Assembly: GCA_032718475.1 (NCBI GenBank)
Contig: JAUCBJ010004023.1
Location: forward strand, 1-53,333
Source of the DNA: Nemertoderma westbladi
Lineage: Eukaryota > Animalia > Xenacoelomorpha
Length of the DNA stretch: 53,333 nucleotides
Direction of reading: 5' to 3'
The notes under the pieces: generated by a model
What the model saw: the letters and a program-made list of their open reading frames with translations, nothing else
Told to the model about the DNA's origin: nothing
The model's database searches: none
Translations under genes and position numbers: made by a program
Part shown: positions 21,201-33,904 of the stretch, one piece after another
How positions within the stretch are numbered: position 1 is the first letter of the stretch
Layout: the number at the start of each line of letters is the position of its first letter

Positions 21201-21800
21201 TTTATTGTTTTGGTTAGAAAATCCTGCCTCTGTAACATGCTCCTTTCCCTAATTTGGTAAAGTGGCCGTTTATTGTTTTGGTTAGAAAGGCCCGCCTCTG
21301 TAACCTGCTCCTTTCCCTGATTTGGTAAAGTGACTGTTTATTGTTTTGGTTAGAAAATCTCGCCTCTGTAACCTGCTCCTTTCTTTCAATTGGTAATGTT
21401 ATCGTTTATTGTTTTGGTTAGAAAATTCCTTCTCTGTAACCTGCTCCTTTCCCTGATTTGGTAAAGTGACTGTTTATTGTTTTGGTTAGAAAATCCCGCC
21501 TCTTTAACCCGCTCCTTTCCCTCAATTAGTTGAATGATCCTTTATTGTTTTGGTCAGAAAGGCCCGCCTCTGTAACCTGCTCCTTTCCCTGATTTGGTAA
21601 AGTGACTGTTTATTGTTTTGGTTAGAAAATCCCGCCTCTATAACCCGCTCCTTTCCCTCAATTAGTTGAATGATCGTTTATTATTTTGGTTAGAAAGGCC
21701 CGCCTCTGTAACCTGCTCCTTTCCTTCATTTGGTAAAGTGACTGTTTATTGTTTTGGTTAGAAAATCCGGCCTTAACCTGCTCCTTTCCATCAATTGGTA
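21201..21800 (+). repeat. 68-bp tandem repeat, about 9 copies
   Basis: TTTATTGTTTTGGTTAGAAAATCCCGCCTCTGTAACCTGCTCCTTT.. at about 21201, 21269, 21337 and so on to 21745. Confidence 0.95.
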
Positions 21801-23580
21801 ATTGTTTTTGGCTATAAAATGAGTGTTTTGATACGTCATGTGGTAATCGATTATCGACAACAACCACAAACTATTAAATTTTTTTCTTTTACCACAGGCG
21901 CATATGGAAATCTATCTCATAGTTTATAAATCATGGAATTTTGAATGTTTTGGCACAGGCATAGTGAAACCAACTGTCCGACAGACCAGAAATCAACAAA
22001 TTTCGAATGTTTTGGCATAGGCATGTTGAAATCAACTGTCTGACAGTCCAGAAATCAGCAGTCTGACAGTTTGAAGAAATACATACATAAAAAGGACAAC
22101 AAAAGTCATTAAAAGGACAACAAAAGTCATTATGCACAATTCGTAAAAAAAAGGACAAAAAAAGTCAAATAAAAGGACATAAAAAATCACTGCCTTTTTA
22201 TTAAGTATTTATTTCATTTCGAGAGACATTTGAAATGTCTAAATGTTAATACAAACATAATATGAGGGGAAAGTCATACATACCTCTTTAAGTAAAGTAG
22301 GTAAAATGTTATGAGGTCTGGTCCTGTACGAATACACATTATACAATATGGAGGGTTCCAATGTTCTGAGGTCTGAAGTCTGTATGGGCGAAGTGGTATC
22401 TGAGTTGGTGGTGCGATTAATTTAGGTCATTGGTGCAGTATAGATAGGCTTGGCTAATTCCCTGTCCAGCTGACGAGGCATCGAGGATTAGCGCGTACTG
22501 GTCCTAGACGCCGAAACGCAACCATATTTTTCACAAATTAATTATTTTTGTCCTAGTCCTACCTCTTTCACAGCGACAAAAATGTCATATATTTTCTTAT
22601 AGAATATAGGCTTAGTTTTTGTGCAGTTTATTAGCGGTATCATTTAGTGTATGGCGGGTAGGTTTTAGGGTTAGGTTTGCGATACTGTACCTGTATGTGG
22701 AGCATGTTATTATATATTCTGTTTGTGTTTGTTGTTTATTTTGTTTGTGTCCTTTGAAGGCCCTAGGGACTGAGAAGTATTTTGGGCTTAATGTCCTGAT
22801 TCTATATTTTTTTTTTTTTTTTTTTTTTGTAGTTTAAGGGGTGTAAGACTCTAGTGTTTACTTTAAAGTTAATACATTATACAATATGGTGGTGAGATTG
22901 TGGCAGTTAACATATTACAAACGGGATATGTAAAAGTTATTGTCGCAGAATCGACTCGATTCGTCAATATTTTTCAGGTTTAGGGGTCCTCTGTAGGCCG
23001 GGGTCCCTAAGGTCCAGCCTGCAGTCTAGTCATTAAAGCGACCCTGACTGCCTGACAATGAACCTAGAAGCTACATAATAATTAGATTTCACCGCCCACA
23101 GATGCAGCCATGTTCCACGGGGGATAGCATATGGTTCATGGCTTATTGCTGCTTACTGGGAGAATGTATAGCCCACCGTAAACTAATATAATCAAGGCCT
23201 TCCTCACCGTGGAAGAATGCCTAATCACAATGAACGACAAAGTAAGGCCTTATTACAGGCTGCGTAATTGCCTGCTTGGAAATCTTTAGCCAATCAGGAC
23301 ATAGCACAATGCATAAATTGATCTATGTCCAAATAATAAGACCTCTATTGCTCTATTGACCTGTATTATGTCAATATGCTCTGCATGTAATCAGCTATGC
23401 AATATATTTACGCTCAAAAGCTAAAATATGTCAGAAAGCTAATATCTATAACATTTATTTTATTTTAATTAATTGTCTCAATCTTTCAATCATTAATTAA
23501 CGGATTGGCGTGTAAATAATTTAATATGTAAATTAGTATTCTAAATATTAATAATCGAATGATACAACTCCATCACGACT

Positions 23581-25293
23581 ATGGGTTATATGCAATTCTT
23601 TAAAGTTAATTATAAACTACTTATTGTCATTTTGGCTCCTATAATATTTTGCCCTTTACCTGCTTTTCTACCAAGCAAACATTTTATATGCGCCTACTGT
23701 ATCCTAATCACCGCCACCTATTGGGTCTTCGAGGTTGTCCATATCAGCATCACCGCTCTGCTTCCTCTCTTCTTATTCACAATGTTCGGAATCTCGTCTG
23801 CTACATCTTTGTACTCGGCTTTCATGACGGACACAACATTCCTTATTTTCGGTGGTTTAGTTCTGAGCTCCGCAGTAGAACGATGGGACCTCCATAAACG
23901 GATAGCATTGGGTTTCCTTGCACCGTTTCCACCGCAGCACCGCTGGTTAATGCTCGGCCTTATGATAATCACCGGGTTCCTATCCATGTGGGTTAGCAAC
24001 ACAGCGGTTACTGCCATGGTTACGCCCATAGCAGTCGCTATTCTCCTGGAGATCAGACAAAATAGGAAGAATGTTCGGCATGTTGTGGACAGAAACAGCG
24101 GCGATATAAATGAAGCCACGGAATCGTTGATGGAAATTATCGAAATTTCTAGCCAAAGTCCCGAGGTCACATCCGAAGTGGAGCCCATAGTATCCGATGC
24201 CAAACAGACAAAGGAATTTACACGGCAAGAGAAAGCCTGTTTATTATCTATTTGTTACGCGGCTAACATTGGAGGTACAGCCACTCTCATTGGCACACCA
24301 ACTAACCTCATTCTAGTTGGGGTTGTTGAGAAGTTGTATGACACAGACAGTCATCCGATATCATTCACATCATGGATGTTGTATGCAACTCCAACTGCCG
24401 TTATCTGTATAGTATTGGCGTGGTTTTGGTTGCAAGCAATATACATCAGGTGCCAATGTAAAATCAGTCCTGATGAAAAGGCGAATTTGGCTCGGGTAAA
24501 GCGAATGCTAAAAGTACAATACAAAGCTTTAGGACCTATGAAGTTCTCTGAGGTTGCTGTTCTGTGTCATTTCGTGGCACTGGTACTCCTATGGATGTTT
24601 CGCGATCCTAAAATTTTTCCCGGGTGGTCTTATCTCGTTTTGCCAGAAAATTATAAGTATATTAGAGACGGCACAGTTGCTATGCTGATAATATTTAGTT
24701 TATTCGTTTGTCCTTCCGAAAAGCCCAACTTTAACAGCAACAAATCTATGCCCGCTCTCTTAGATTGGACTTATATGGTGCACCATGTCAACTGGGGACT
24801 TGTACTGCTCCTGGGTGGGGGTTACGTATTAGCAACTGGAGTTAAAGAGTCTTGTTTATCAGAATGGTTGGCTATTCAATTTATGGGATTAAAATCAATC
24901 CCTCCATTATTAGTGATGCTAATAATTATCACTACTGTGGCTTTCGTAACCGAAGTTACCAGTAACACATCAACCGCTAATATAATGCTCCCGATATTAG
25001 CTCAAATGGCGGAAGGTATTGGTGTTAATCCTTTATACCTTATGGTACCAGCGACCATGGCCTGTTCGTACGCGTTTATGATGCCCATCGCAACACCCCC
25101 AAACGCCGTTGTTTTCGCTTACGGATCCCTAAGGATGATGGACATGGTTAAGGCCGGTATTATTATGAACGTGATCTGTATAGCAACAGTGTTGCTAACA
25201 ACTTCGACTCTTGGTGATGTTGTTTTCGGTCTTGGAGAAGCAGCAACTTTTGGGAACCTTTCTGATGCCAATTCCATAGAATGTACATTTTAA
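23581..25293 (+). CDS. SLC13: SLC13/DASS-family sodium:dicarboxylate/citrate/sulfate symporter (Indy-like), intronless, 570 aa
   Basis: VERWDLHKRIAL, FLSMWVSNTAVTAM, CYAANIGGTATLIGTPTNL, LLWMFRDP, WGLVLLLGGG, TEVTSNTSTANI, CSYAFMMPIATPPNA, DMVKAG. Confidence 0.96.
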   Translation: MGYMQFFKVNYKLLIVILAPIIFCPLPAFLPSKHFICAYCILITATYWVFEVVHISITALLPLFLFTMFGISSATSLYSAFMTDTTFLIFGGLVLSSAVERWDLHKRIALGFLAPFPPQHRWLMLGLMIITGFLSMWVSNTAVTAMVTPIAVAILLEIRQNRKNVRHVVDRNSGDINEATESLMEIIEISSQSPEVTSEVEPIVSDAKQTKEFTRQEKACLLSICYAANIGGTATLIGTPTNLILVGVVEKLYDTDSHPISFTSWMLYATPTAVICIVLAWFWLQAIYIRCQCKISPDEKANLARVKRMLKVQYKALGPMKFSEVAVLCHFVALVLLWMFRDPKIFPGWSYLVLPENYKYIRDGTVAMLIIFSLFVCPSEKPNFNSNKSMPALLDWTYMVHHVNWGLVLLLGGGYVLATGVKESCLSEWLAIQFMGLKSIPPLLVMLIIITTVAFVTEVTSNTSTANIMLPILAQMAEGIGVNPLYLMVPATMACSYAFMMPIATPPNAVVFAYGSLRMMDMVKAGIIMNVICIATVLLTTSTLGDVVFGLGEAATFGNLSDANSIECTF

Positions 25294-25782
25294 TGACTTC
25301 GAAATGTCCGAGGGGCCTATATGTCTTGAACTTTGTTAATAGTTTATATGTTATTATTCTTACAGTATTATACAAATTAAAAGGTACACCATTATTTGTA
25401 AAGCAACAACAGCCTCCACTCAATCGCTAAAAATATACAATCACAGTCTTCCGAGATCTTTAGCCAATATACAGTATCATCTTAAAAGGATCAAATTAAC
25501 TTACTCGAATCAATCTATAGTGGATATAACCAACGAATGAAAGGAATCTATAATTTCCATTTCCACTATCGAATATTTATTTTATCACATAAGAAAATTG
25601 AGATTGCTGTATTATTTTGTGAAGTTTATATTGTCTAGACGATCATTGTTTAAATGCTGCAGGATATGTAGCTTGGGATACATAGAGGTTAAGCATCGTC
25701 TCTTTCTCTTACCACCAGTAATAAGCAAAGCAACCAGTCGACCGAGGCCGGAGGCGACCCGAAGGCTCCTCTTTCGATATCT

Positions 25783-26490
25783 TCTACCCGAGGGTAGGGG
25801 TGGGCGCTACACCTATCTGCTACCCGAAGGTAGGGGTGGTCGCTACTCCTATCAGTTACCCGAGGGTAGGGGTGGGCACTACTCCTATCTGCTACCTGAA
25901 GGTAGGGGTGGGCGCTACTCCTATCTGCTACCCGAGGGTAGGGGTGGGCACTACTCCTATCTGCTACCTGAAGGTAGGGGTGGGCGCTACTCCTATCTGC
26001 TACCCGAGGGTAGGGGTGGGCGCTACTCCTATCTGCTACCTGAAATGGGCGCTACTCCTATCTGCTACCCGAGGGTAGGGGTGGGCGATACTCCTATCTG
26101 CTACCCGAGGGTAGGGTTGGGCGCTACTCCTATCTGCTACACGAAGGTAGGGGTGGGCGCTACTCCTATCTGCTACCCGAGGGTAGGGGTGGGCGCTACT
26201 CCTATCTGCAACCCGAGGGTAGGGGTGGGCGCTACTCCTATCTGCTACCCGAAGGTAGGGGTGGGCGCTACTCCTATCTGCTACCCGACGGTAGGGGTGG
26301 GCGCTACTCCTATCTGCTACCCGAGGGTAGGGGTGGGCGCTACTCCTATTTGCTACCCGAAGGTAGGGGTGGGCGCTACTCCTATCTGCTACCCGAGGGT
26401 AGGGGTGGGCGCTACTCCTATCTGCTACCCGAGGGTAGGGGTGGGCGCTACTCCTATCTGCTACCCGAAGGTAGGGGTGGGCGCTACTCC
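25783..26490 (+). repeat. 36-bp GC-rich minisatellite, about 20 copies
   Basis: CTACCCGAGGGTAGGGGTGGGCGCTACTCCTATCTG repeated; 12-aa periodicity in the ORF track. Confidence 0.97.
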
Positions 26491-26550
26491 TTTCCCAAGT
26501 TTTCCTCCCAGTAATTCAACTGGTCCTCATTTTAGTGGATGAAAGACGAG

Positions 26551-26617
26551 GGGCCCTGGCGGGACTCGAACCTACAACCAATAGATTGCAGGCCCGGCGC
26601 TCAACCAACTGAGCTAC
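26551..26617 (-). pseudogene. tRNA-like SINE head with Pol III A and B boxes
   Basis: GTAGCTCAGTTGG (A box), CTGCAAT loop, GGTTCGAGTCC (B box). The anticodon stem is poorly paired and the 5' acceptor strand is missing. Confidence 0.75.
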
Positions 26618-26659
26618 AAATTAAAATTTATGAAAAATTTAAATTTTACGAGTCGAGAA

Positions 26660-27260
26660 AATTGCGCCGCCACAACTCCCATCACCCATGCATGACATTT
26701 GTTAGATCATCCGCATCTTCCAGGCCAGTGTCCTTTAAGATGCGTCTCAAGAAAGTCATGAGCTGTCCACCATGCTTATTCATTCCATGAGCCCACCAAA
26801 GCACAAGATTATGCACTGACAGGTCCTCACGGCGAAAGCAATGTCCTGCAAAGTGGAGGCGATTTTGTTCTAGTGTCAAGCCTGGAGGAACCAATGAGAC
26901 ACCTCCAATGTTATATAGTGTCTGGTGGTCTGCATTGTACTTGACACAGTGAACCCTGCGTAGCATTCTTATGAGTGTACCATCCACAGAGATTTGTTGT
27001 CCTTACCAATTAGAGCCCAGCATGGATTCCCATAGACGAGAACTGGAACTATTGCTGCTCTAAATAATCGGACCTTAAGTTTCAGATGAATTCTATGTGA
27101 CTTCCAAATCCGGGAAAACCCATTCAATGTTTCCCATGCCTTTCTCTTACGTATTCGAAGGTCCTCACCTGACATCCGGATCCATGATCTCAGGTAACAG
27201 AAGTCGTCCACATGCTCAAGCATACCATCCTTTGAGCTTATGCTCATCCTGTCAGAGACT
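26660..27260 (-). mobile_element. RTE-like LINE 3' fragment, frameshifted
   Basis: LEHVDDFCYLRSWI..RKRKAW..RIWKS..KVRLFRAAIVPVLVYG..DG..RMLRRV..RLHFAGHCFR..LVLW. Confidence 0.85.
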
Positions 27261-28677
27261 TGATGAGGACTTTCAAAGTTAACTAAAATTTTTCAAAGTC
27301 AAAAAATTGGTCTTTTTGGAGTTGATAAAAAGACCAACACTAGAGGCAGCGTGATCTAATGAGCTGAGGAACCGTTGGGCTCCCTCTAGTGATTCTGAGA
27401 GTACTCATAAGTCATCGGAAAAGTCTAGATCAGTTAGGTACTTGGCAGGATTTCCTCGACTTCTGAGCCAGTAGGTGGAGTTACCATCATCACCCCATCA
27501 TTATGATGATCTAAGGACATAGAGCATAGTCAACTAATCTGATTGCCGCAATAATTTCCATCAGGAATTCCATATAATGAAAGTATGCTGAACATATTTG
27601 TAAAAATTTGTGGGGGGGGGGGGGGGGGTGTGGGGGCCATGTACCTGAATAACGACACTATATTCCAGGACATGGTGTAATCCAGTCAAACTACCGAAAA
27701 AGGGGGGCGAACCCAAAACTAATCGCAATTCATCCGAACCAAATTTTTTTGATTCTATATATTTTGCTAATATCACCAAAAAGTCTATAAAATAAATTGG
27801 AAAGTCGGTTCAATTCTTTCAATTCCATGCATGCTTCTTCCCTTAGCAACAGGGATTTTACACAGCAGCTATCAAATTTTAGTCCAGAGCAGGGACTGGA
27901 TTATGGATTTTCGGGCCCCCGGCAGTCGCAACTTACGGGCCCCTATCCCCCCCCCCCTCCCCCCCACGAAAACCAATTGAAAAAATTTTGGACCCCGTTG
28001 GTAAAAAGTAAATTGTTATTATTTAAGTAATTATTATTTTTATATGTGGTTCGGATTGAATTCGAGTGCCCAGACCCAGCCCCCCATAATACTGTAATAC
28101 CCCCCATGAAAAACACAAAAATATCATTATTCAAATTTCAAAGACACATATTTTTTAAGAGCTCAATTGTTGATTGAAATTGCTTGAAATTTGAAACACA
28201 GCTAGTTGAACGCACCGTCATTGTTACCATGAAGCCGGAATTTTAGTTTATTTAGGTTTTTGTTGCTTATTCACTTTCTTACTTATAATTTCTTATATAC
28301 ATTAATATTTTGTGCTGCGCTACTTACATACACCATGACCCGTAATATAGTGTTCTTTTCTGATGACACGGACCCCCCCCCCCCCCCCCCCCCGTATTGC
28401 CGTGGCCGGGGACTGCCTAAAACCCGGGCCGGTCCCGGTCTCGGTCCACTGAACCTAAAACCCGGTCGGTCCAATTTTTGCCCGCTCCGCGTGAAAATTC
28501 CTAAAACCCGCTCCCAATAATTCCTAAAACCCGGTCCATAAACTCGCGGTCCAAAAAATTTAATGACTAAAACCCGGTCTCGGTCTTAAAGTTAAAATTA
28601 TTAAAACCCGGTCCCAAAATCCCGGTCCAATTTGTTCTTACATTTTCATGATATTTTATGTTATAATGTTTTTATGG

Positions 28678-29003
28678 GGGTGAGTACAAAACAAAAACCA
28701 AAGACTAAAGATCTGTACAAAACACATGTGTTAACTTTCGTTTATTGTTTTGGTTCCCCTAAAATACATCTGTAACCTGCTCCTTTAAATGAAATGGAAC
28801 TTAAATGGGACTTAACGCTCTTTGGGACCTAACGCGACTTTTACCTCTTCGTTTTGTACAGGTCCCAAAGAGCGTTAGGTCCCATTGCCATTTAAAGGTG
28901 CAGTTTAGTGAAGGAGCATGTTACAGAGGCGTTTGGGGCAACCAAAACAATAAACGAAACTTAACACATGTTACTTAATTGGGTCTTTGTTTTGTACTCA
29001 CCC
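28678..29003. mobile_element. Palindromic MITE
   Basis: TIRs GGGTGAGTACAAAACAAA / TTTGTTTTGTACTCACCC; internal inverted arms including GGGACCTAACGC/GCGTTAGGTCCC; partial second copy at about 29900-30030. Confidence 0.8.
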
Positions 29004-30667
29004 TTTTCATGATGTTTAATGCTCTAATGGTAGTCATTCAAAAGATACAGCACAGTGGAGTAAACCTGCAGTTCGCAGCCGCAGCATTTGATGTGTACCA
29101 TTCAGATGGTTAAATGAACTTCGATTTAATATGTTATGTATAATATGCATATTTCCGTAAGGGAGGGGGGGGGGGGGGGGGTGCTGTGCGCCGCAATGCA
29201 GTGCACAAACATATTCAGTGAGGGAAACAAACAATGATGCGCGCAGATATTGAGGGTCTCAAATTTTTTAATCAGTATAACGAAAATATTAATAGAGGCG
29301 CAAACATTAATCATCATCTTATTCATGCCGGTGTTTCAAGCTCACGTTCTCTGATAACTTCATTATACTTGTAGGGCCCCCTATACGTTTATACTTAAGT
29401 TATTGATATAGCTAGCATTAGCATTGTAGCAATTTACATAAGTTTGTCTAATAGCGTATTTACTAAATATAGTAAATACGCTATTGTTTGTCTCCATTAT
29501 TAATATCAACAGCAGCTTTTTGACCTCCGCCCCTGATTTGTAAAAGCTTTGCTACTTTCCCAACGGACTTGATCAGTTATTGAGTGATAAACTACAAGAT
29601 ACTTTCCGTGGGAACGCGACCCCGCATTACAGATCTGTCCCATTTCCCAAGGTGAAGTGTTGTCTGTCACTGTATTGAGCTATTTTTAGCTTCATTGCTA
29701 ACTATGATGGGAATGTAACTCTTCCACTGGTATTGAGCTACTGTACATACAAAGAGTATAGCAAAGCTACAAGCAGCAATTAACAGATTAAGTTAGTGAG
29801 TTACATATACATACACCCTGAATACGGACGGTGTATTATAAGTTTCTCTTCATTGATAATTTAACTTTGAGGCGAGATATTAATTCGCCGAGATGGAATG
29901 GGTGAGTACAAAACAAAGACCAAAAGACCTGTACGTAAACACATTCGTTTATTATGTGGTCCCTCCAACACGCCTCTTTAACCTGCTCCTTTACTAACCT
30001 GCTCCTTTAAATGGCAATAGGACCTAACCATGGAATACTAAATATACACGGATGGACAAATGTGTCATACCCCTGGAGGCAATCTTTTTATTTTATAAAA
30101 CAATAGATATGGATGACAGAAAACCGCTGCTAAATTTTTTTCCAAATCTGTCGTGCCGTTTTTGAGATATAGCATTTTATGGCCTACTATATACACGGCC
30201 TAATAAGCTGCATTTGGAGGCCATTCAAAAAGAGACCAGTTTTTTTTATAACAATTTGATATTTTGATATAATTCTTTATTGACTGAATTGAAGTCTCCT
30301 CGTTAAGCAAGATACTACAGTAAATTATATGGTAGCTAGTGTTTTAGGTAGGTTTAGCTAGTAATTTTGACACTGGTTTCGACATCCTACTTCCTTCTAT
30401 AAATATTTTGTAGTAGCTAGTTTTTATTACTATATGTATATAAAATGTTCCAGAACATGTTAGCTATTCATTAAAAAAAAATATAGAAGATTTTTTTGAA
30501 AAAAGTCTGGACTCTATTTAAAACGCATCCCAGCAAAGTCATAGCATGATAAGTCGCTGATAAATTGCTACTAATTTCGCCGGCTAATACCCTGCTAATT
30601 TCGCCGGATAAAAGCCGGCTTTTTGGTTCCAATGTTCTTAAATGGCATTGTTCTAAAACGTGTTTTG

Positions 30668-30760
30668 CATGACTTTCTTGAGACGCATCTTACTGCTGTA
30701 CTGTCTTATAGGACACTGGCCTTGAAGATGCGGATCATCTAGCAATGTCATGGATGATAA
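30668..30760 (+). mobile_element. Short second copy of the RTE-like LINE 3' end
   Basis: CATGACTTTCTTGAGACGCATCTTA..AGGACACTGGCC..GAAGATGCGGAT is the reverse complement of about 26690-26760. Confidence 0.75.
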
Positions 30761-33700
30761 GGGAGTTTGTGGAGGCGCCATTTTGTCAACAAGCCGGCAC
30801 TGCATTCTTAATATATATATATACTGTACTGTATAATGCAGCTGCAATGCAGCATGCCGACTGTAGTAGTACCGGTAGTTGGTTAGAAAAGCCCGCTTCT
30901 GTATGTATAAGCACATGCCCTATGTGGTGATAGGGCTCTGGGCTCCTTCAATTGGTGAAGTCAGAAAGTGGCCGTTTATTGTTTTAGTTAGAAAAGCCTG
31001 CCTCTGTCACCTGTTCCTTTTTCCTTAATTGGTTTGACGTGTGTTACTGTGGGTACTACTTATTATGTGGAGACCCCAACACGTTAATCATTTAATCCAG
31101 CCGTTTTAAAATACGTTTTCCTCTCTTTGAGGTTACATGAACAATACCCAGGCACGGGGCCATGTTTTAAACTTTAACCCTTTAATTTAATTTCATTTAA
31201 TTATATTACAAATTCGTCTACTAAAATATTTGCTGTATTATTAAAATAACTCGTTGTCATTCGCCAAATTAAATTTATGTATTACCAAATACATTTATAT
31301 ATATAGACCTACAGTATAAACAAAAAATGTTAAAAAATCGCAGTCTGCCCCAACTAATTACCATAAATCTATTGCTAAATTAGCACTCCTAATACATAGT
31401 CCCTATCCTTCCTATTCTTATCTATCTACTTTCTACTCTACCTTACTTACATTATCTATCTATCTATATGCCATCTTCTTCTTCACCTCTCTATTCTGCA
31501 TCTGCAACACCCTACAGTATAATATTACTTCAAACCACTACTTACTACATCCATTCTATCAAATGTTACATATATTTACATTTTATATAATCCCATCCTC
31601 CTGGTGGGCAGCCGTTTACTAGCCCTGCTATTTGGCTGTTCTCCAGTACCCATTTATATAGAACTTACCATATATAGTATGTATTCATGTTAATTTCTAT
31701 TTTATACTGAGTTATTGTTATTTTGAATTATTATTGGAAGGGTAAAATAAACATTGAAACATTGAAACATACCCTTCCTGTTCAGCTGTTTGTATGGAAA
31801 AATTAGAAGAGATGGTGGTAGATCAACTTGTAGTATTTCTTTCTGATAGGGCTCCCATAGGCTTAGACGAAATCGTATAGCTTGTACTGTAGTTAGCCTT
31901 AGCAGCAGCTGTAGTTGGCAAATCTGGTCCTAATCTTAGTCCTAATCCTAAAGACTCCTAACCTAAATTCCTGGATACATAAGCAGATAAGGCTCTAAGC
32001 TGCTAAGGTTAGGCATAATAACACTGTAACATGAATGTAAACAATATGCTAAAAGTAAAGTACAAAAGTACCTAGAATGCTAGAATGTACCATTCTATTT
32101 AAGGCAATAGGCACTCCCTTGTACGTCGTACAGTACACTGAAGATACATAAAGAGCTGCAAAGGTAACTTTCCATAAATAGCTGTCTCTCATCTCCATCT
32201 GTCATGCTTCATGTACCTTTAAGTTTGATTTTCAATGTCACGGCCAAATTTGGACTTCAAGTCCAATACTGGACTTTTGTAAAATTCAAAGCCTTATTAA
32301 AAAAGTTCCCCCTGGTGAATTTCAGGTCCCCCTGTTCAAAACTCTTATTTTTTATATACTTTCGATTAAAAAAAAAATCCCGCCCGATCCAATTACCTAA
32401 GGCCCTGGACAGCTGGAACAATTGGCTGATTTGAAGTCCAATACTGCAATATTGGACTCACAGAAGTCCAATTTTGGACTTGAAATACTGAAATGGAGTC
32501 AAAGTCCAATTTTTGACTTTCTCACAGACTGTCTGACTGTTGTGATTTGGTGTGATTTGTTGTGATTTGGTGTGATTTATTGTGATTTGGTGTGATTTCA
32601 GGATTTGTTGTGATTTAGGTGTTTAGTAGACAGACCCTACAGCCTTCAGGCCTTAAATAAAATAATTCCACACAATATCTAACCTAACCAAAATACAGAA
32701 ATACTAAATCGCACTACCGATACCGAAACTCATTTTAAAATAACACAAACAATGCTGCAATGCAGCAATGTAACACAAACACAGTTTATACTTTTTTTAG
32801 GATATAAATTATTTTTGTCTTTTTGGGTAGGCCTAGGTTTTTAGGGTATTATTGTATTTTTTGTGTTTTATTGCTGTATTGCAGTAGGCCTATTGGGTTT
32901 TTTGGGTAAATTTTTGTGTTTTTTTATATTTTTTGTGTTTTTTGGGTAATTTAATTTTGTGTTTTTTTGGGTAATTCGTAGGACCGCACCAAACTGCCAA
33001 ATCAAAAAAAAATTGAAAAGTAAAGTCGAGCAGGTTACGGTTACAGGGTTACAGTGCAGCAGTGGTAGCCAGAAGGAGCCAAAACAATAGGCCTAAACGA
33101 TTTGAAAAAAATAAAAAATTTTATAATTTTTTTGAGTTATTTTGCATTTTGTGTGATTTGGTGTGATTTGTTTTGATTTGGTGTGATTTGGGATTTGGCA
33201 GTTTGGATGTTTAGTTAGGCCTAGACCTGTAGACTGTTAGTTAATACAGACCGATTATTTGATCAGTAGCAGTACGGCTGTACAGGGATGTTTAGTTTAT
33301 ACCTGTTATATCATATCAGTGATATACAGATATAATTTGGCCACCTGTCAGCCTGTTATGAGCGCAATGAGGCTTCTAAATGGGAGGACCAGGACAGCCA
33401 TTCCAGCGTAACGGTCGTGACATTCCGCATGGTTCATGGGTTTCCGTTATTAATGCAGTAATGAGTATTCTAAGGGCACATGGAAGAATGATATTGAAAA
33501 GATATTACTATGATATGATGGACCTTTAATAAAATCGAAACCGCACTGGAATACATTACGTTTTATTGATTATATTCCAGTTCAAAGTTGGCGTAACGGT
33601 CGTGACTGAAATGGACAAGCTTTTTAGAGACTCCTACACATTATAAATTTCTATCGAATTTACTGTACCGGTACTTATTTAGCGTTACTTATGTCAGACT

Positions 33701-33904
33701 AACATGTTAATAGATAGAGTTTAAAATGAAATTAACAGTAGGCCTATGGCAATATAATATCATTAGAGAATGTGGCAATCAATTAACCAGCGTAACGGTC
33801 GTGACATAGTTTCGTAACGGTTGTGACATTATCGATTTTCACATAAATCTGAATTTCAAAAAATGGTAAGGTATTAATTAGAGTTAGGTATTGATACCGA
33901 TTTC

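Larger units (their letters stand above)
25719..26617 (-). mobile_element. tRNA-derived SINE with an internally expanded tandem array
   Basis: On the - strand: tRNA-like head, TTTCATCC..AAAATGAGGACCAG central segment, 36-bp array, a hairpin-rich tail (GAGCCTTCGGGTCGCCTCCGG..) and a short simple-repeat end. Confidence 0.7.

Noticed and set aside
25598-26542. 314-aa repetitive ORF
   Set aside because: It is a by-product of the 36-bp array inside a SINE, and it switches repeat frame at a deletion.
26551-26617. Functional tRNA gene
   Set aside because: The acceptor and anticodon stems do not pair, and it is attached to a SINE body.
27561-29326. Short poly-Pro/poly-Gly ORFs
   Set aside because: They come from C/G homopolymer tracts in repeat-derived DNA.
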